DNA of 64,000 nucleotides from Candidatus Latescibacterota bacterium (GTDB taxonomy: Bacteria; Latescibacterota; UBA2968; UBA8231), in assembly GCA_965243025.1 (NCBI GenBank), contig CBDETY010000003.1, positions 2,080,001 to 2,144,000 of the forward strand. Direction: 5' to 3'. Below the pieces are notes generated by a model, which did no database searches, was not told the DNA's origin, and worked only from the letters and a program-made list of their open reading frames with translations. Made by a program: the position numbers and the translations under genes. Below, piece by piece: positions 28,195 to 37,461 of this stretch. Each line of letters opens with the position of its first letter. Position 1 is the first letter of the stretch.

Positions 28195-29025
28195 TCAGGG
28201 TGTAATCCGGAAGGCGCCGGAATATATGTTGAAGCCGCGTCCGCGCAGGAACCCCAGCAGGGTCATGCCGGCCTCGCGCGCCAGGTCGACCGCCAGGCTC
28301 GACGGCGCCGAGACCGCGGCGACCACCGCTATTCCCGCCATCCTCGCCTTCTGCACGATCTCGAAGCTGGTGCGGCCGCTGACCATCAGCAGGGACTGCC
28401 CCGGCGGCAGGCTGTCGCGCAGGAGAAAGGACCCGACCAGCTTGTCGACGGCGTTGTGGCGCCCGACGTCCTCGCGCAGCCCCAGCAGCTCTCCCTTGCG
28501 GTCGAAGAGCCCGGCCGCGTGCAGCGAGCCGGTCTGGTCGAACACCTTCTGCGCCTGCCGCAGCTTGCCGCTCAAGCCGTACAAGGTCTCGGCATCGATG
28601 CGGAAATCCGCATCAGGCAGCGGCGGGGCCTGGGCCTCGATGTGGTCGATGCTCGCCTTGCCGCAGACACCGCAGCTCGAGGAGGCGTAGAAGTTGCGCT
28701 TGAGGCGGTCGAAGTCGAAGCCGACCCCGTCGGCCAGCCTGACCTCGACGATGTTCTCGAGGTTCGGGGGCTCCGCATCCCTGCAGTATGAGATCGCCCC
28801 GAGCTGCCCGGGTTTGTCGATCAGGCCTTCGGTCAGCAGGAAACCGGCGACCAGGTCGAAGTCGTCGAGGGGGGTGCGCATGATCACGGCGACCGCCTCC
28901 CCGTGGAGGCGGATCTCCAGCGGCTCCTCCACCGTGACCAGGTCGGGCCGGGCGGCGTGCTCCCCGCCGCGGTAATCGACCACCTCCCGCTCCACCACTC
29001 GAACCGGCGCGCGTTCCAGGGTCAT
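28195..29025 (-). CDS. fdhD: Formate dehydrogenase accessory sulfurtransferase FdhD
   Basis: EEPLEI, MRTP, SSSCGVCG, TGSLHAA, REDVGRHNAVDK, SAPSSLAV. Confidence 0.96.
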   Translation of the reverse strand: MTLERAPVRVVEREVVDYRGGEHAARPDLVTVEEPLEIRLHGEAVAVIMRTPLDDFDLVAGFLLTEGLIDKPGQLGAISYCRDAEPPNLENIVEVRLADGVGFDFDRLKRNFYASSSCGVCGKASIDHIEAQAPPLPDADFRIDAETLYGLSGKLRQAQKVFDQTGSLHAAGLFDRKGELLGLREDVGRHNAVDKLVGSFLLRDSLPPGQSLLMVSGRTSFEIVQKARMAGIAVVAAVSAPSSLAVDLAREAGMTLLGFLRGRGFNIYSGAFRITP

Positions 29026-29026
29026 C

Positions 29027-30478
29027 CTACATCGGCCCGACGCGGAGGGGGCCCCTGTCCATCGCCAGCATGGAGGCGTCGAAGCTGCGCTTCATCAGCT
29101 CGAGCTTGAGCGGCTGCGCCTCCGGTTCCGACCACATGTTCTCGAACTCCTCCGGGTCTTCCTCGAGGTCGTACAGCTCCCCCTCGTCGTGGCCGTGATA
29201 GACGACGAGCTTGTAGCGCTCGTCCCGGTACATGGTGGCGAAAGTGCCGTCCGGCATATCGAGGGCGTCGTAGTACTCGCAGCGCACGAAGTCGCGGTGG
29301 CGCTCCTTCCCGCCGCGGAGCAGCGGCAGCAGGGAGCGGCCCTGCATGCGCTCCGGCACCTCCTGCCCGGCGAGCTGCAGCAGGGTCGGGGCGATGTCGA
29401 GTAGCTCGACCAGGGCGTCGCTGCGCAGGCCGTTGCGGAACCGCGGCGGACAGGAGAAGATCAGCGGCACCCGCACCAGCCCCTCGTAGAAGCGGCAGCC
29501 CTTCTGGATGAGGCCGTGGTCCCCGAGCATCTCCCCGTGGTCGCTGGTGAAGATGACGACGGTGTCCTCGAGCTGCCCGCTGTCCTCCAGAGCCTGCATC
29601 ATGTCGCCGACGCGGTCGTCGATCAGCTCGATCATCGCGTAGTACGCCGCCTGCAGGGTGCGGGCGTCGCGGTCGGCGAAATCCCCGTTGTCCGCCGCCG
29701 CCTCCTGCCCCGGAGTCCTCGGGGTCAGCGGATTCCGGATGTCGAGCTGTTCCGGGCGGCGCCCCGTTGACTGGAAATCGACTGCGGCGAGGCGCTGCTG
29801 CTGGACGAGATCGCTCTCGACGAACAGCGGCCCGGGCATGCGCTCGCGGGCGAAGCGGTCGCGGTACTGCTTCGGCGGGTTGAACGGCGGATGCGGGTCG
29901 TAGATGTTGACGCTCGCCAGCCACGGCCCCTCCCGCTCCTCGTTGATGAACTCGATCGTCTTCTGCGCGCACCAGGTGGTCTGGTGCAGCTCCGCCGGGA
30001 CCCCGTCCCGACCCCGGATCAGCTCGCCGAGGACCTCTCCCTTCGAACGCACCCAGTCGGCGTAGTCGTGCCCCTGCTTCCAGTCGTCGCGCGGGGCGTG
30101 GCTGTACTGCCAGTAGCGGTAGCCGTCGTCGGCGCGCGGCTCGATGCGGCCGCTGGCGCTCGCCAGGTGCAGCTTGCCGATCAGGCCGCAGTCGTACCCG
30201 GCGCCGGCGAGCGTCCGGGTGACCAGCTCGGGGGCCTCGGGGGGGAAGGACTCGTTGCCGTTTCCCGTCACATGCACGGCGCTCGGGTAGCAGCCGGTAA
30301 GGAAGCTCGCCCGGCTCGGGGTGCAGATCGGACTCTGGCAGTAGGCGCGGGTGAAGCTGACGCCGCTGCGCACGAGCCTGTCGATGTTCGGGGTCGAGAC
30401 CCACGGGTTGCCCAGCGCGCCGATGGTGTCGTGGCGCTGCTGGTCGGTGCAGATCCAGAGGATGTTGGGGCGTTTCAT
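29027..30478 (-). CDS. Formylglycine-dependent sulfatase
   Basis: RPNILWICTDQQR, CTPSRASFLTG, GKLH, PHPP, FTSDHGEMLG. Confidence 0.93.
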   Translation of the reverse strand: MKRPNILWICTDQQRHDTIGALGNPWVSTPNIDRLVRSGVSFTRAYCQSPICTPSRASFLTGCYPSAVHVTGNGNESFPPEAPELVTRTLAGAGYDCGLIGKLHLASASGRIEPRADDGYRYWQYSHAPRDDWKQGHDYADWVRSKGEVLGELIRGRDGVPAELHQTTWCAQKTIEFINEEREGPWLASVNIYDPHPPFNPPKQYRDRFARERMPGPLFVESDLVQQQRLAAVDFQSTGRRPEQLDIRNPLTPRTPGQEAAADNGDFADRDARTLQAAYYAMIELIDDRVGDMMQALEDSGQLEDTVVIFTSDHGEMLGDHGLIQKGCRFYEGLVRVPLIFSCPPRFRNGLRSDALVELLDIAPTLLQLAGQEVPERMQGRSLLPLLRGGKERHRDFVRCEYYDALDMPDGTFATMYRDERYKLVVYHGHDEGELYDLEEDPEEFENMWSEPEAQPLKLELMKRSFDASMLAMDRGPLRVGPM

Positions 30479-30582
30479 CCTGTCGCTCGGGGCCGTTCAG
30501 TAGCGGTCGAAGCCGGGCCAAAACCGCAGGAATATACGGCCGGCATCCCTGCCTGCAATCGCTTTTCCCGCGGGGCCGGAGG

Positions 30583-31902
30583 TCAGGTTTCGGGCCGGAA
30601 GCGTTCCCGCACCAGCTCGAGGGCGGCCTCGCGGGAGCGGACCGCGCCCTCGAGCTGGGCGTCCTCCACGGCGGCGAGGATCTCCTTGAACCGGGGGCCC
30701 GGGACGAACCCCATGGCGATCAGGTCGCGGCCGCTGATCAGGGGGGGCGGCTGGAGATCCTCCCTGCTTTCCTCTGCGAGCCGCTCGCTGCAGAACTCGT
30801 GCAGGTCGAGCATCCCGTGGCTGGCGAGGCAGTCGATGCGGTGCAGCTCGAGCAGCTCGGGGAAATACTCCTCCCGCAGGAAGCGCTTGAGCTTGCTCGG
30901 CCGCATCTCGCGGACGTTGCGGAAGCGCATGTGGTGGGCGGTGAGATGGCTGATCCGCTCGACGTCGGCGTTGGCCATGCGCAGCCGCCGGCATATTTCG
31001 CCGGCCATTTCCGCCCCTACGACCTCGTGCCTGTTGAAGCGGATGCGGTCGGCTTCCGTACAGGTGGGCGGCTTGCCTATGTCGTGCAGGAGCACCCCCC
31101 AGGCCAGGGTCCGGGTCGGATCCTCGAGTTGCTCCAGCATCAGGCACACGTGGGTCCAGACGTCCCCTTCAGGATGGAACTCCGGGGGCTGGGAGACCCC
31201 TTCCATTTTCGCCACCTCCGGCAGGATCGCCTGCATCAGGCCGAGGTCCATGAGCAGCTTCGCTCCGGCAGCCGCGCCTCCCTCGGTCAGGATCATGGTC
31301 AGCTCGTCGCGGATGCGTTCGGGGCTGACGGCGCCGATCTTTTCCGCTCCGGCGCGGATCGCCGCCAGGGTGTCCGATTCGATGGCGAATTCGAGACGGG
31401 CGGCGAAACGGACCGCCCTCAGCATGCGCAGGAAATCCTCGGAGAAACGCTGACGGGGGTCCCCGATGGCGCGGATCAGCCGCTTTTCGATGTCTCCGCG
31501 GCCCCCGACGTAGTCGATGACACGGCCGCTGGCAGCGTCGTAGAACATGCCGTTCATGGTGAAGTCCCGGCGCTGCGCGTCCGCCCCGGCGTCGGCGAAC
31601 TCCACCTCCCGCGGGCGGCGGCCGTCCCCGTATTCCCCGTCCCTGCGGAAACGGGCGACCTCGTACCTGCCGTCGTCGAGAAGGACGGTGATGATCCCGA
31701 ACCTGGCGCCGACGTCCACGGTCCGGTCGAAGAGATGCCTGACGGTGTCGGGACCGGCGTCGGTGGCGACGTCCCAGTCCTTGGGCTCGCGGCCGATCAG
31801 GAGGTCGCGGACGCAGCCGCCGCTGAGGAAGGCCCGGTACCCGTGGTCGTTCAGGGTGCGCAGGATGCGCAGCGCGCCCGGTTTTACGTCGTCGTTGTTC
31901 AC
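30583..31902 (-). CDS. cca: CCA tRNA nucleotidyltransferase / poly(A) polymerase family protein with HD domain
   Basis: GGCVRDLL, DWDVAT, RRDFTMN, EDFLRMLRAVRF, LLHDIGK; start uncertain (GTG 31902 or ATG 32010). Confidence 0.9.
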   Translation of the reverse strand: MNNDDVKPGALRILRTLNDHGYRAFLSGGCVRDLLIGREPKDWDVATDAGPDTVRHLFDRTVDVGARFGIITVLLDDGRYEVARFRRDGEYGDGRRPREVEFADAGADAQRRDFTMNGMFYDAASGRVIDYVGGRGDIEKRLIRAIGDPRQRFSEDFLRMLRAVRFAARLEFAIESDTLAAIRAGAEKIGAVSPERIRDELTMILTEGGAAAGAKLLMDLGLMQAILPEVAKMEGVSQPPEFHPEGDVWTHVCLMLEQLEDPTRTLAWGVLLHDIGKPPTCTEADRIRFNRHEVVGAEMAGEICRRLRMANADVERISHLTAHHMRFRNVREMRPSKLKRFLREEYFPELLELHRIDCLASHGMLDLHEFCSERLAEESREDLQPPPLISGRDLIAMGFVPGPRFKEILAAVEDAQLEGAVRSREAALELVRERFRPET

Positions 31903-32069
31903 GATGAAAAAGGTACCGACTCCAGCGCCCGGGCGCGCAATTGCGTCTGGAGTCCGCCACCAGGCTCCATGTCGAGGGATTCGCGGTTCATTCCAAACCG
32001 GTTCATCCATGCGATCCTCCCTCAATCCCGGCTTCCTTCTTGATTTCCAGCACAAGCACGCCCCCCGGA

Positions 32070-32099
32070 TTGACACACCCGCGAAATCCCGTTTACCGT
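32070..32099 (+). promoter_or_regulatory. Putative sigma70 promoter of the IMP cyclohydrolase gene
   Basis: TTGACA (32070)-18 bp-TACCGT (32094); same pair of hexamers as at 41392-41420. Confidence 0.55.
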
Positions 32100-32135
32100 A
32101 GCGCCGGACCGTTCACAGAACCGATTGGAGGAGAC

Positions 32136-32729
32136 ATGACCAGGGTGCGGCGCGCCCTCGTCAGCACCGCGGACCGGACCGGCGTGGCGGAGCTGGGGCA
32201 GGGGCTGGTTGAGCTCGGAGTGGAGATTCTCTCGACAGGCGGAACCGGGGCGGCCCTGAGGGAAGCCGGGATACCGGTGACCGAGGTGGCCGAGGTGACC
32301 GGCTTTCCCGAAATCCTCGACGGCCGCGTCAAGACCCTGCACCCGCGCATCCACGCCGGGCTGCTGGCTCTGCGCGGGAACGGCGGGCACATGGCGACCC
32401 TGGAGGAGCACGGCATCGAGCCGATCGACCTGGTCTGCGTCAACCTCTACCCGTTCGAACGGACCATCCGCCGCCCCGGCTGCACCCTGGCGGAGGCGAT
32501 CGAGCAGATCGACATCGGGGGCCCCTGCATGCTGCGCTCGGCGGCCAAGAACGGGGAGTCCATCTACGTGCTGAGCTCCCCTGACCAGTACGGGGAGGCG
32601 CTGCAAAGGCTGCGCGACTCCGGCGGCGTCATCGACCCGGAGTACGGCCGCCGGCTGGCGCTGGAGGCGTACCGGCTCACCGCCGGGTACGACGCCGCCA
32701 TCGCCTCCTACCTCGCGGAGAATGTGTGA
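32136..32729 (+). CDS. Stand-alone IMP cyclohydrolase (N-terminal MGS-like half of PurH)
   Basis: GGAGGAG RBS; ALVS, ILSTGGT, GRVKTLHP, VNLYPF, IDIGGP; stops after YDAAIASYL with no AICAR-transformylase domain. Confidence 0.88.
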   Translation: MTRVRRALVSTADRTGVAELGQGLVELGVEILSTGGTGAALREAGIPVTEVAEVTGFPEILDGRVKTLHPRIHAGLLALRGNGGHMATLEEHGIEPIDLVCVNLYPFERTIRRPGCTLAEAIEQIDIGGPCMLRSAAKNGESIYVLSSPDQYGEALQRLRDSGGVIDPEYGRRLALEAYRLTAGYDAAIASYLAENV

Positions 32730-32755
32730 GTGTTGGCGGCGGGCGGCTCCGGAGT

Positions 32756-33058
32756 TCACACCCTGCGGCCCGACCAGCGCGCCTTCCAGTACTCGCCGAG
32801 ATCGACCTCTCCTTCGATCCGGTCCTCCCCCCTCGCCCTGCCGGTGAAGCGGTAGGTGGCGCCGACCCCCTGGAACTGGATGTCGACGCTCATTTCCATA
32901 TCCCCGCCATCCGCACTGCCCCGGACTTCGTGCTCCCCGTACCGGGTGCGATACCTGCCCGATATCACCGATCCGGTCTGATTCAGGCGGGCGCCGTGCC
33001 GGGCGCTGCCGCCGGTGAAGTCGACGTCGATCTCCCAGTCGCCGCTGAAGATGCCCAT
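32756..33058 (-). CDS. Small all-beta hypothetical protein
   Basis: 100 aa, GAGGTG RBS, alternating beta-strand pattern (SGDWEIDVDF...IEGEVDLGEYWKARWSGRR). Confidence 0.75.
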   Translation of the reverse strand: MGIFSGDWEIDVDFTGGSARHGARLNQTGSVISGRYRTRYGEHEVRGSADGGDMEMSVDIQFQGVGATYRFTGRARGEDRIEGEVDLGEYWKARWSGRRV

Positions 33059-33192
33059 GGATTCACCTCGCCTTTTTCATGGGATTTGGCTGGACTGCCC
33101 GGAGCCTGGCGACGAACCTGTGCCTTCGGCAAGGGTTGGCGTACGTTGGAAAGCCACCGCCCCGGCACCCTACCCGGACCGAGCAGACCGAC

Positions 33193-34077
33193 ATGCCCCG
33201 AAGAATCAACCGCGCCATAGAGCTCCTCGAGCAGGACCAGCCTGTCTACTACACCGGCGGCCACACCGGTCACGTCCTCACCCGCGGGCAGGGCGACGCG
33301 GACGCGGCGACCTGGGCCGACTACATCAACGTCGGCATGGAGCACGGGGCCTTCGACATGGCCGGCCTCGACGCCTACATGCAGGGACTGATCGAGGGCG
33401 GACCGACCAGCAGCGGCCACCGCACCCCGGCGGTCATCGTCGAGGCGCCCGTCGACGGCTCGAGCGAGCAGATAATCCGCTTCAACGCCTGGCAGTTCCG
33501 GCAGATACTGGCGCGCGGAGTGCACGGCATCCTCCTCTGCCAGGCGGAATCCCCGGATGCGGTAAGGGCCTTCGTCGAGTCCTGCCGCTACCCCACCGCC
33601 CGCATCGGCGAAGGCCGCGGGCTCGGAACCGGCACCCGGGGTGTGGGCGCCGAGCCCTCGGCGGCTCCCGTGTGGGGGGTCGACGCCGATGAGTACGTCC
33701 GCCGCGCCGATCCCTGGCCCCTCAACCCCGAAGGGGAGCTGCTGCTCGGCATCAAGGTCGAGTCCGCGCGGGGCGTGCACACCATCGAGCAGATGCTCTC
33801 GGTGCCGGGAATCGGGTTCGCGGAACTCGGCCCGGGCGACCTGCACATGTCCTACCGCATTCGGCGGCCTGAAGGGCCCTACACCGACCCGCGGGTCATC
33901 GAGGCGCGCGAAAGGGTCAAGGCGGCCTGCGACGCCAACGGCGTCCGCTTCCTCGAGTCGGCCACCCCCGAGACCATCAGGCAGGCCATAGACGAAGGGG
34001 TTCGGGTCATATCCGGCCGGAGCGAAGAGACGGCCCGGGCCGGAAGGGAGTACTCCAACCGCACCATGCCGGTGTAG
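33193..34077 (+). CDS. HpcH/HpaI aldolase/citrate lyase family protein
   Basis: Start MPRRINRAIELL; MEHGAFD, KVES, GPGDL. Confidence 0.85.
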   Translation: MPRRINRAIELLEQDQPVYYTGGHTGHVLTRGQGDADAATWADYINVGMEHGAFDMAGLDAYMQGLIEGGPTSSGHRTPAVIVEAPVDGSSEQIIRFNAWQFRQILARGVHGILLCQAESPDAVRAFVESCRYPTARIGEGRGLGTGTRGVGAEPSAAPVWGVDADEYVRRADPWPLNPEGELLLGIKVESARGVHTIEQMLSVPGIGFAELGPGDLHMSYRIRRPEGPYTDPRVIEARERVKAACDANGVRFLESATPETIRQAIDEGVRVISGRSEETARAGREYSNRTMPV

Positions 34078-34145
34078 TCTGGAAAGGTCCGGGCAATTCG
34101 GCTGTTGTCAGGGGTGTGGCCGCCAGGGGCGCGCCCGACCTCGTT

Positions 34146-35246
34146 TCAACCGGCTCGGAGGACCTCGGAGAGCCGGCGGGCGACGATCTCGTCCTCCCCC
34201 TCTTCCATCAGGTGCGAGGCCACCGCGACCCCCTCGCCCGAGGCGCTCAGCTCTATGCGGGGAGCCCCCGCCGACAGCTCCCTCTCGACGTCGCCCGGGG
34301 AGATGCCCACGGCCCCGGGGTCCCAGGTGATCTCGAGGATCGGGGCGACGTTGGAGCGCCCGGGCCGGCGGATGCTCGTCGCCACCGTATCGACCGCCTC
34401 TACCGCGGCCGCAACGGTCGCCAGGCGGCGCTCCCACTCCCGCCATTCCGCCTCGTGGTCGCGGGCCACCCACTGTTCCACCGCGGCCAGCAGCCCCATC
34501 ACCTCCTCCTTGCCCGCCTTCATCGGCCGCCCGATCGAGTGGTGGGGAGCCCCGTTGAGGAAGGCGGCCTGCAGCAGCTCCTTGCGCCCGAGCACCAGCC
34601 CCGAGGACTGCGGGCCGCGCAGGCACTTGCCGCCGCTGTAGGCAACGGCGTCCACCCCGGCGGCGAGGTACCTGTTGGGGACGTCGGGCCGCTCCGCCGC
34701 GGCGTCGACGAAGGAGGGGATTCCGCGGGATTTCCCGCAGGCGGCCATCTCCGCCACGGAGATCTCGCCGAGGTCCTCGGCGTCCCCCTTCATCAGCAGC
34801 AGGGCGGTGCGGTCGTTGACGGCGTTCTCCAGCTCTTCCCGGGTGCGCACCTCGACCATCTTCACCCCGACGGCGCGCACCGCGTGGTCGTACACGTGGC
34901 GATGGCTGGGCTGCACGATCACCTCGTTCTTCATGCCGGTGGTGTCGGGCAGGCGCGCGATCTTCTCCGGGTCGCCGCCGGCCACCGCGGCGGCCGTCAC
35001 CTGCGCGAGCGCCGCGGCGCACCCGTTGACCGCCAGTCCCCACTCGCACTGCATGAGCCCGGCGATGCGGCTGCCGACCGCTTCGGCCAGCTCGTCGAGG
35101 TGGACGTAGCTCCGGGAGGCGGCCGTCATCGCCGCGCGCACTTCGGGCAGCAGCAGCGAGCCGCTGATGATGGTGTAGAATCCGCGGCAGTTTATCAGGG
35201 GCCTGACGCCGATGGCGCCGTACGTGGGAAACCGGAGATCGCTCAT
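34146..35246 (-). CDS. SelA-like / DgaE-like PLP-dependent enzyme
   Basis: GVRPLINCRG, VDAAAE, SGGK(PLP)CLRGPQSSG, IGRPMKAGKEE; 366 aa; ATGA overlap with the upstream SIS gene. Confidence 0.85.
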   Translation of the reverse strand: MSDLRFPTYGAIGVRPLINCRGFYTIISGSLLLPEVRAAMTAASRSYVHLDELAEAVGSRIAGLMQCEWGLAVNGCAAALAQVTAAAVAGGDPEKIARLPDTTGMKNEVIVQPSHRHVYDHAVRAVGVKMVEVRTREELENAVNDRTALLLMKGDAEDLGEISVAEMAACGKSRGIPSFVDAAAERPDVPNRYLAAGVDAVAYSGGKCLRGPQSSGLVLGRKELLQAAFLNGAPHHSIGRPMKAGKEEVMGLLAAVEQWVARDHEAEWREWERRLATVAAAVEAVDTVATSIRRPGRSNVAPILEITWDPGAVGISPGDVERELSAGAPRIELSASGEGVAVASHLMEEGEDEIVARRLSEVLRAG

Positions 35247-35821
35247 GCCGCTTCGCCGGGCGGCTCCATCTCCATGAAGTAGTAGCAGATCACGTGCATG
35301 AGCACGGTGTGGAGATCCTCGACGCGGCCCATGTGGTGGCTGTCGACGACGACTGCGAGATCGGCCGCTTCGGCCAGCCTGCCTCCCCCGAACCCCGTCC
35401 AGCCGATCGTCCGCATCCCCAGCTCCCGCGCCGCGGCGACCGCGTCGAGCACGTTGGGGCTGTTCCCGGAGCCGGAGATGGCGATCAGCAGGTCGTCGGC
35501 CTCCCCGAGGTTGCGCAGCTGCTCGGCGAAGATCGAGTCGTAGTCGAGGTCGTTGGCCAGCGCCGTCATCCAGGAGACGTTGTCGGTCAGGGCGGTGACC
35601 CGGAAGCGTTTCCCGCGCGGGTGGCCGAGGCTGGCCCCCTTGCCGAGGTCGTTGGCCATGTGGCTCGCCGTGGCGGCGCTGCCGCCGTTGCCGCACAGGA
35701 AGATGCGGCTGCCCCGGTCGCGGGCTTCGGCGATCTGCCGGCGGCAGCTTTCGACCGCCCCGAGGTCGAGGGATGACAGCGTGCCCTGCAGCTCGTCGAG
35801 ATAGTTCCGCAGATGGTCCAA
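35243..35821 (-). CDS. SIS-domain phosphoheptose isomerase GmhA-like protein
   Basis: CGNGGSAATASH, TALAND, ISGSGNSPNV, VEDLH. Confidence 0.88.
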   Translation of the reverse strand: MDHLRNYLDELQGTLSSLDLGAVESCRRQIAEARDRGSRIFLCGNGGSAATASHMANDLGKGASLGHPRGKRFRVTALTDNVSWMTALANDLDYDSIFAEQLRNLGEADDLLIAISGSGNSPNVLDAVAAARELGMRTIGWTGFGGGRLAEAADLAVVVDSHHMGRVEDLHTVLMHVICYYFMEMEPPGEAA

Positions 35822-35830
35822 GGCTGCGCC

Positions 35831-37234
35831 TCAGATATTGAGCGCTTCTCCGAACGCCTCGGCGGCCGCTTCCATCACCGCTTCCGAAAGGGTCGGGTGG
35901 GCGTGCACCGCGGTGGCGAACTCCTCCCAGGTCGCTTCGATCCTCTTCCCGAGGGTCACCTCGGCGATCAGCTCGGTCGCCTCGGCGCCGATGATCGAGG
36001 CCCCTGCCAGCTCCCCGTACTCCGCGTCGAACACCAGCTTCACCATCCCCTCGGTCTCTCCGGCGGCCCGCGCCTTGCCGCTGGCGGCAAAGGGAAAGCG
36101 GCCGACCTTGACCTTCAGCCCCCTCTCTCCTGCCTCCGCCTCGGTCAGCCCGACGCTGGCGACCTGGGGCTGGCAGTAGGTGCAGCTGGGAACGCTCTCC
36201 GGATCGATCTCGGGGCGTTGCCTGCCGGCGATGAACTCGACCGCGGCGACCGCTTCGGCCGAGGCCGCGTGGGCGAGCTGCGGGGCCCCGACGACGTCGC
36301 CGATGGCGCAGATCCCCTTGACGCTGGTCTCCATGCGGCCGTTGACGGCGATCTGACCGCGCTTGGTCCTGACGCCGTTCGCCTCCAGTCCCAGCCCCTC
36401 GATGTTGCCGGTCACCCCGACCGCCATCAGCACGACGTCGGCGTCGACTTCCCCTTCCTCCCCCCCGTTCCGGAACGAGACGCGCATTCCCTGTCCGGCC
36501 TCGGCCACCCCGGTCACCGAGACCCCGGTGCGCAGGTCGATCCCCTCCCCGGAAAGGCTCTTCGCCAGGATTCCCGCGACCTCACCGTCCTCGCGCGGCA
36601 GCACCTGGCTCTCCGCCTCCAGCAGATGGACCTCGGCGCCGAAGGCGTTGAAGAACCAGGCGAACTCCACCCCGATCGCCCCGGCCCCGATGATGGCGAT
36701 CCGGTCCGGGCGTTTCTCCAGCACCATGGCCTCGCGGCTCGAGATCACCTTCTCCCCGTCGATCTCCACCCCGGGAATGGAGCGCGGGCTGCCGCCGGTC
36801 GCCAGGATGACGTTGGCCGCCTCCAGGGTCTCGGTACCGTCGGGGGATTCGACCGCCACCTTTCTGCCGGGGGTGAGCCTGCCGCGGCCGCTGAAGACGG
36901 CGACCCGGTTCTTCTTCATCAGGAACCTCACCCCCCTCGCCAGCCCTCCCGAGATCTCGCGGCTTCTCGCGATCAGCCGGTCCCAGTCGTAGCCGACCTC
37001 CCCGACCGTCAACCCGAACTCGCCGGCGCGCTGCATCAGCCGGTAGAGCTCGGCCTGCTTGAGCAGGGCCTTTGTCGGAATGCAGCCCCAGTTGAGGCAC
37101 ACCCCCCCGAGCTCGGGCTCGGCTTCCACCAGGGCGGCCTTCAGCCCGAGCTGGGAAGCCCGGATCGCCGCGGTGTACCCGCCCGGTCCGCCGCCGATGA
37201 CGGCGACGTCGAACACCTTGTCCTTTTCAGCCAT
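35831..37234 (-). CDS. lpdA: Dihydrolipoyl dehydrogenase
   Basis: GGGPGGY, GGVCLNWGCIPTK, GAGAIG, HAHPTLSE. Confidence 0.96.
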   Translation of the reverse strand: MAEKDKVFDVAVIGGGPGGYTAAIRASQLGLKAALVEAEPELGGVCLNWGCIPTKALLKQAELYRLMQRAGEFGLTVGEVGYDWDRLIARSREISGGLARGVRFLMKKNRVAVFSGRGRLTPGRKVAVESPDGTETLEAANVILATGGSPRSIPGVEIDGEKVISSREAMVLEKRPDRIAIIGAGAIGVEFAWFFNAFGAEVHLLEAESQVLPREDGEVAGILAKSLSGEGIDLRTGVSVTGVAEAGQGMRVSFRNGGEEGEVDADVVLMAVGVTGNIEGLGLEANGVRTKRGQIAVNGRMETSVKGICAIGDVVGAPQLAHAASAEAVAAVEFIAGRQRPEIDPESVPSCTYCQPQVASVGLTEAEAGERGLKVKVGRFPFAASGKARAAGETEGMVKLVFDAEYGELAGASIIGAEATELIAEVTLGKRIEATWEEFATAVHAHPTLSEAVMEAAAEAFGEALNI

Positions 37235-37461
37235 TATCGCCCGCTTCCAACGCTGGTTTCCTGTGTTGGGGAGTTTGACAATCTAAGGGGTGCACAGTCT
37301 CCGTGCATCGGGGTCGCCTGCGTGAGTCCCGCCTCGAAAGACAGGCAGGCAACCGCAGCCGCAGGCTGCCGGCTCGGTGGTCTGCATTCGCTATTTTTCG
37401 AAGGGTGCGGGCCGAATCAAGTCCCGGACCGTCCTGGCGACCGCTATGTTCCCCCTGCATG

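Noticed and set aside
31920-32135. ZMP/ZTP riboswitch upstream of the purH-like gene
   Set aside because: Consensus elements (GACUGGCG...GCCUGGGC) are absent and the putative promoter leaves only a short leader of about 30 nt.
34146-35246. True selenocysteine synthase selA serving the Sec-FDH
   Set aside because: Only 366 aa, lacks the N-terminal tRNA-binding region, has DgaE-like motifs (DAAAE, GRPMKAGKEE), and no selB or selC is adjacent.
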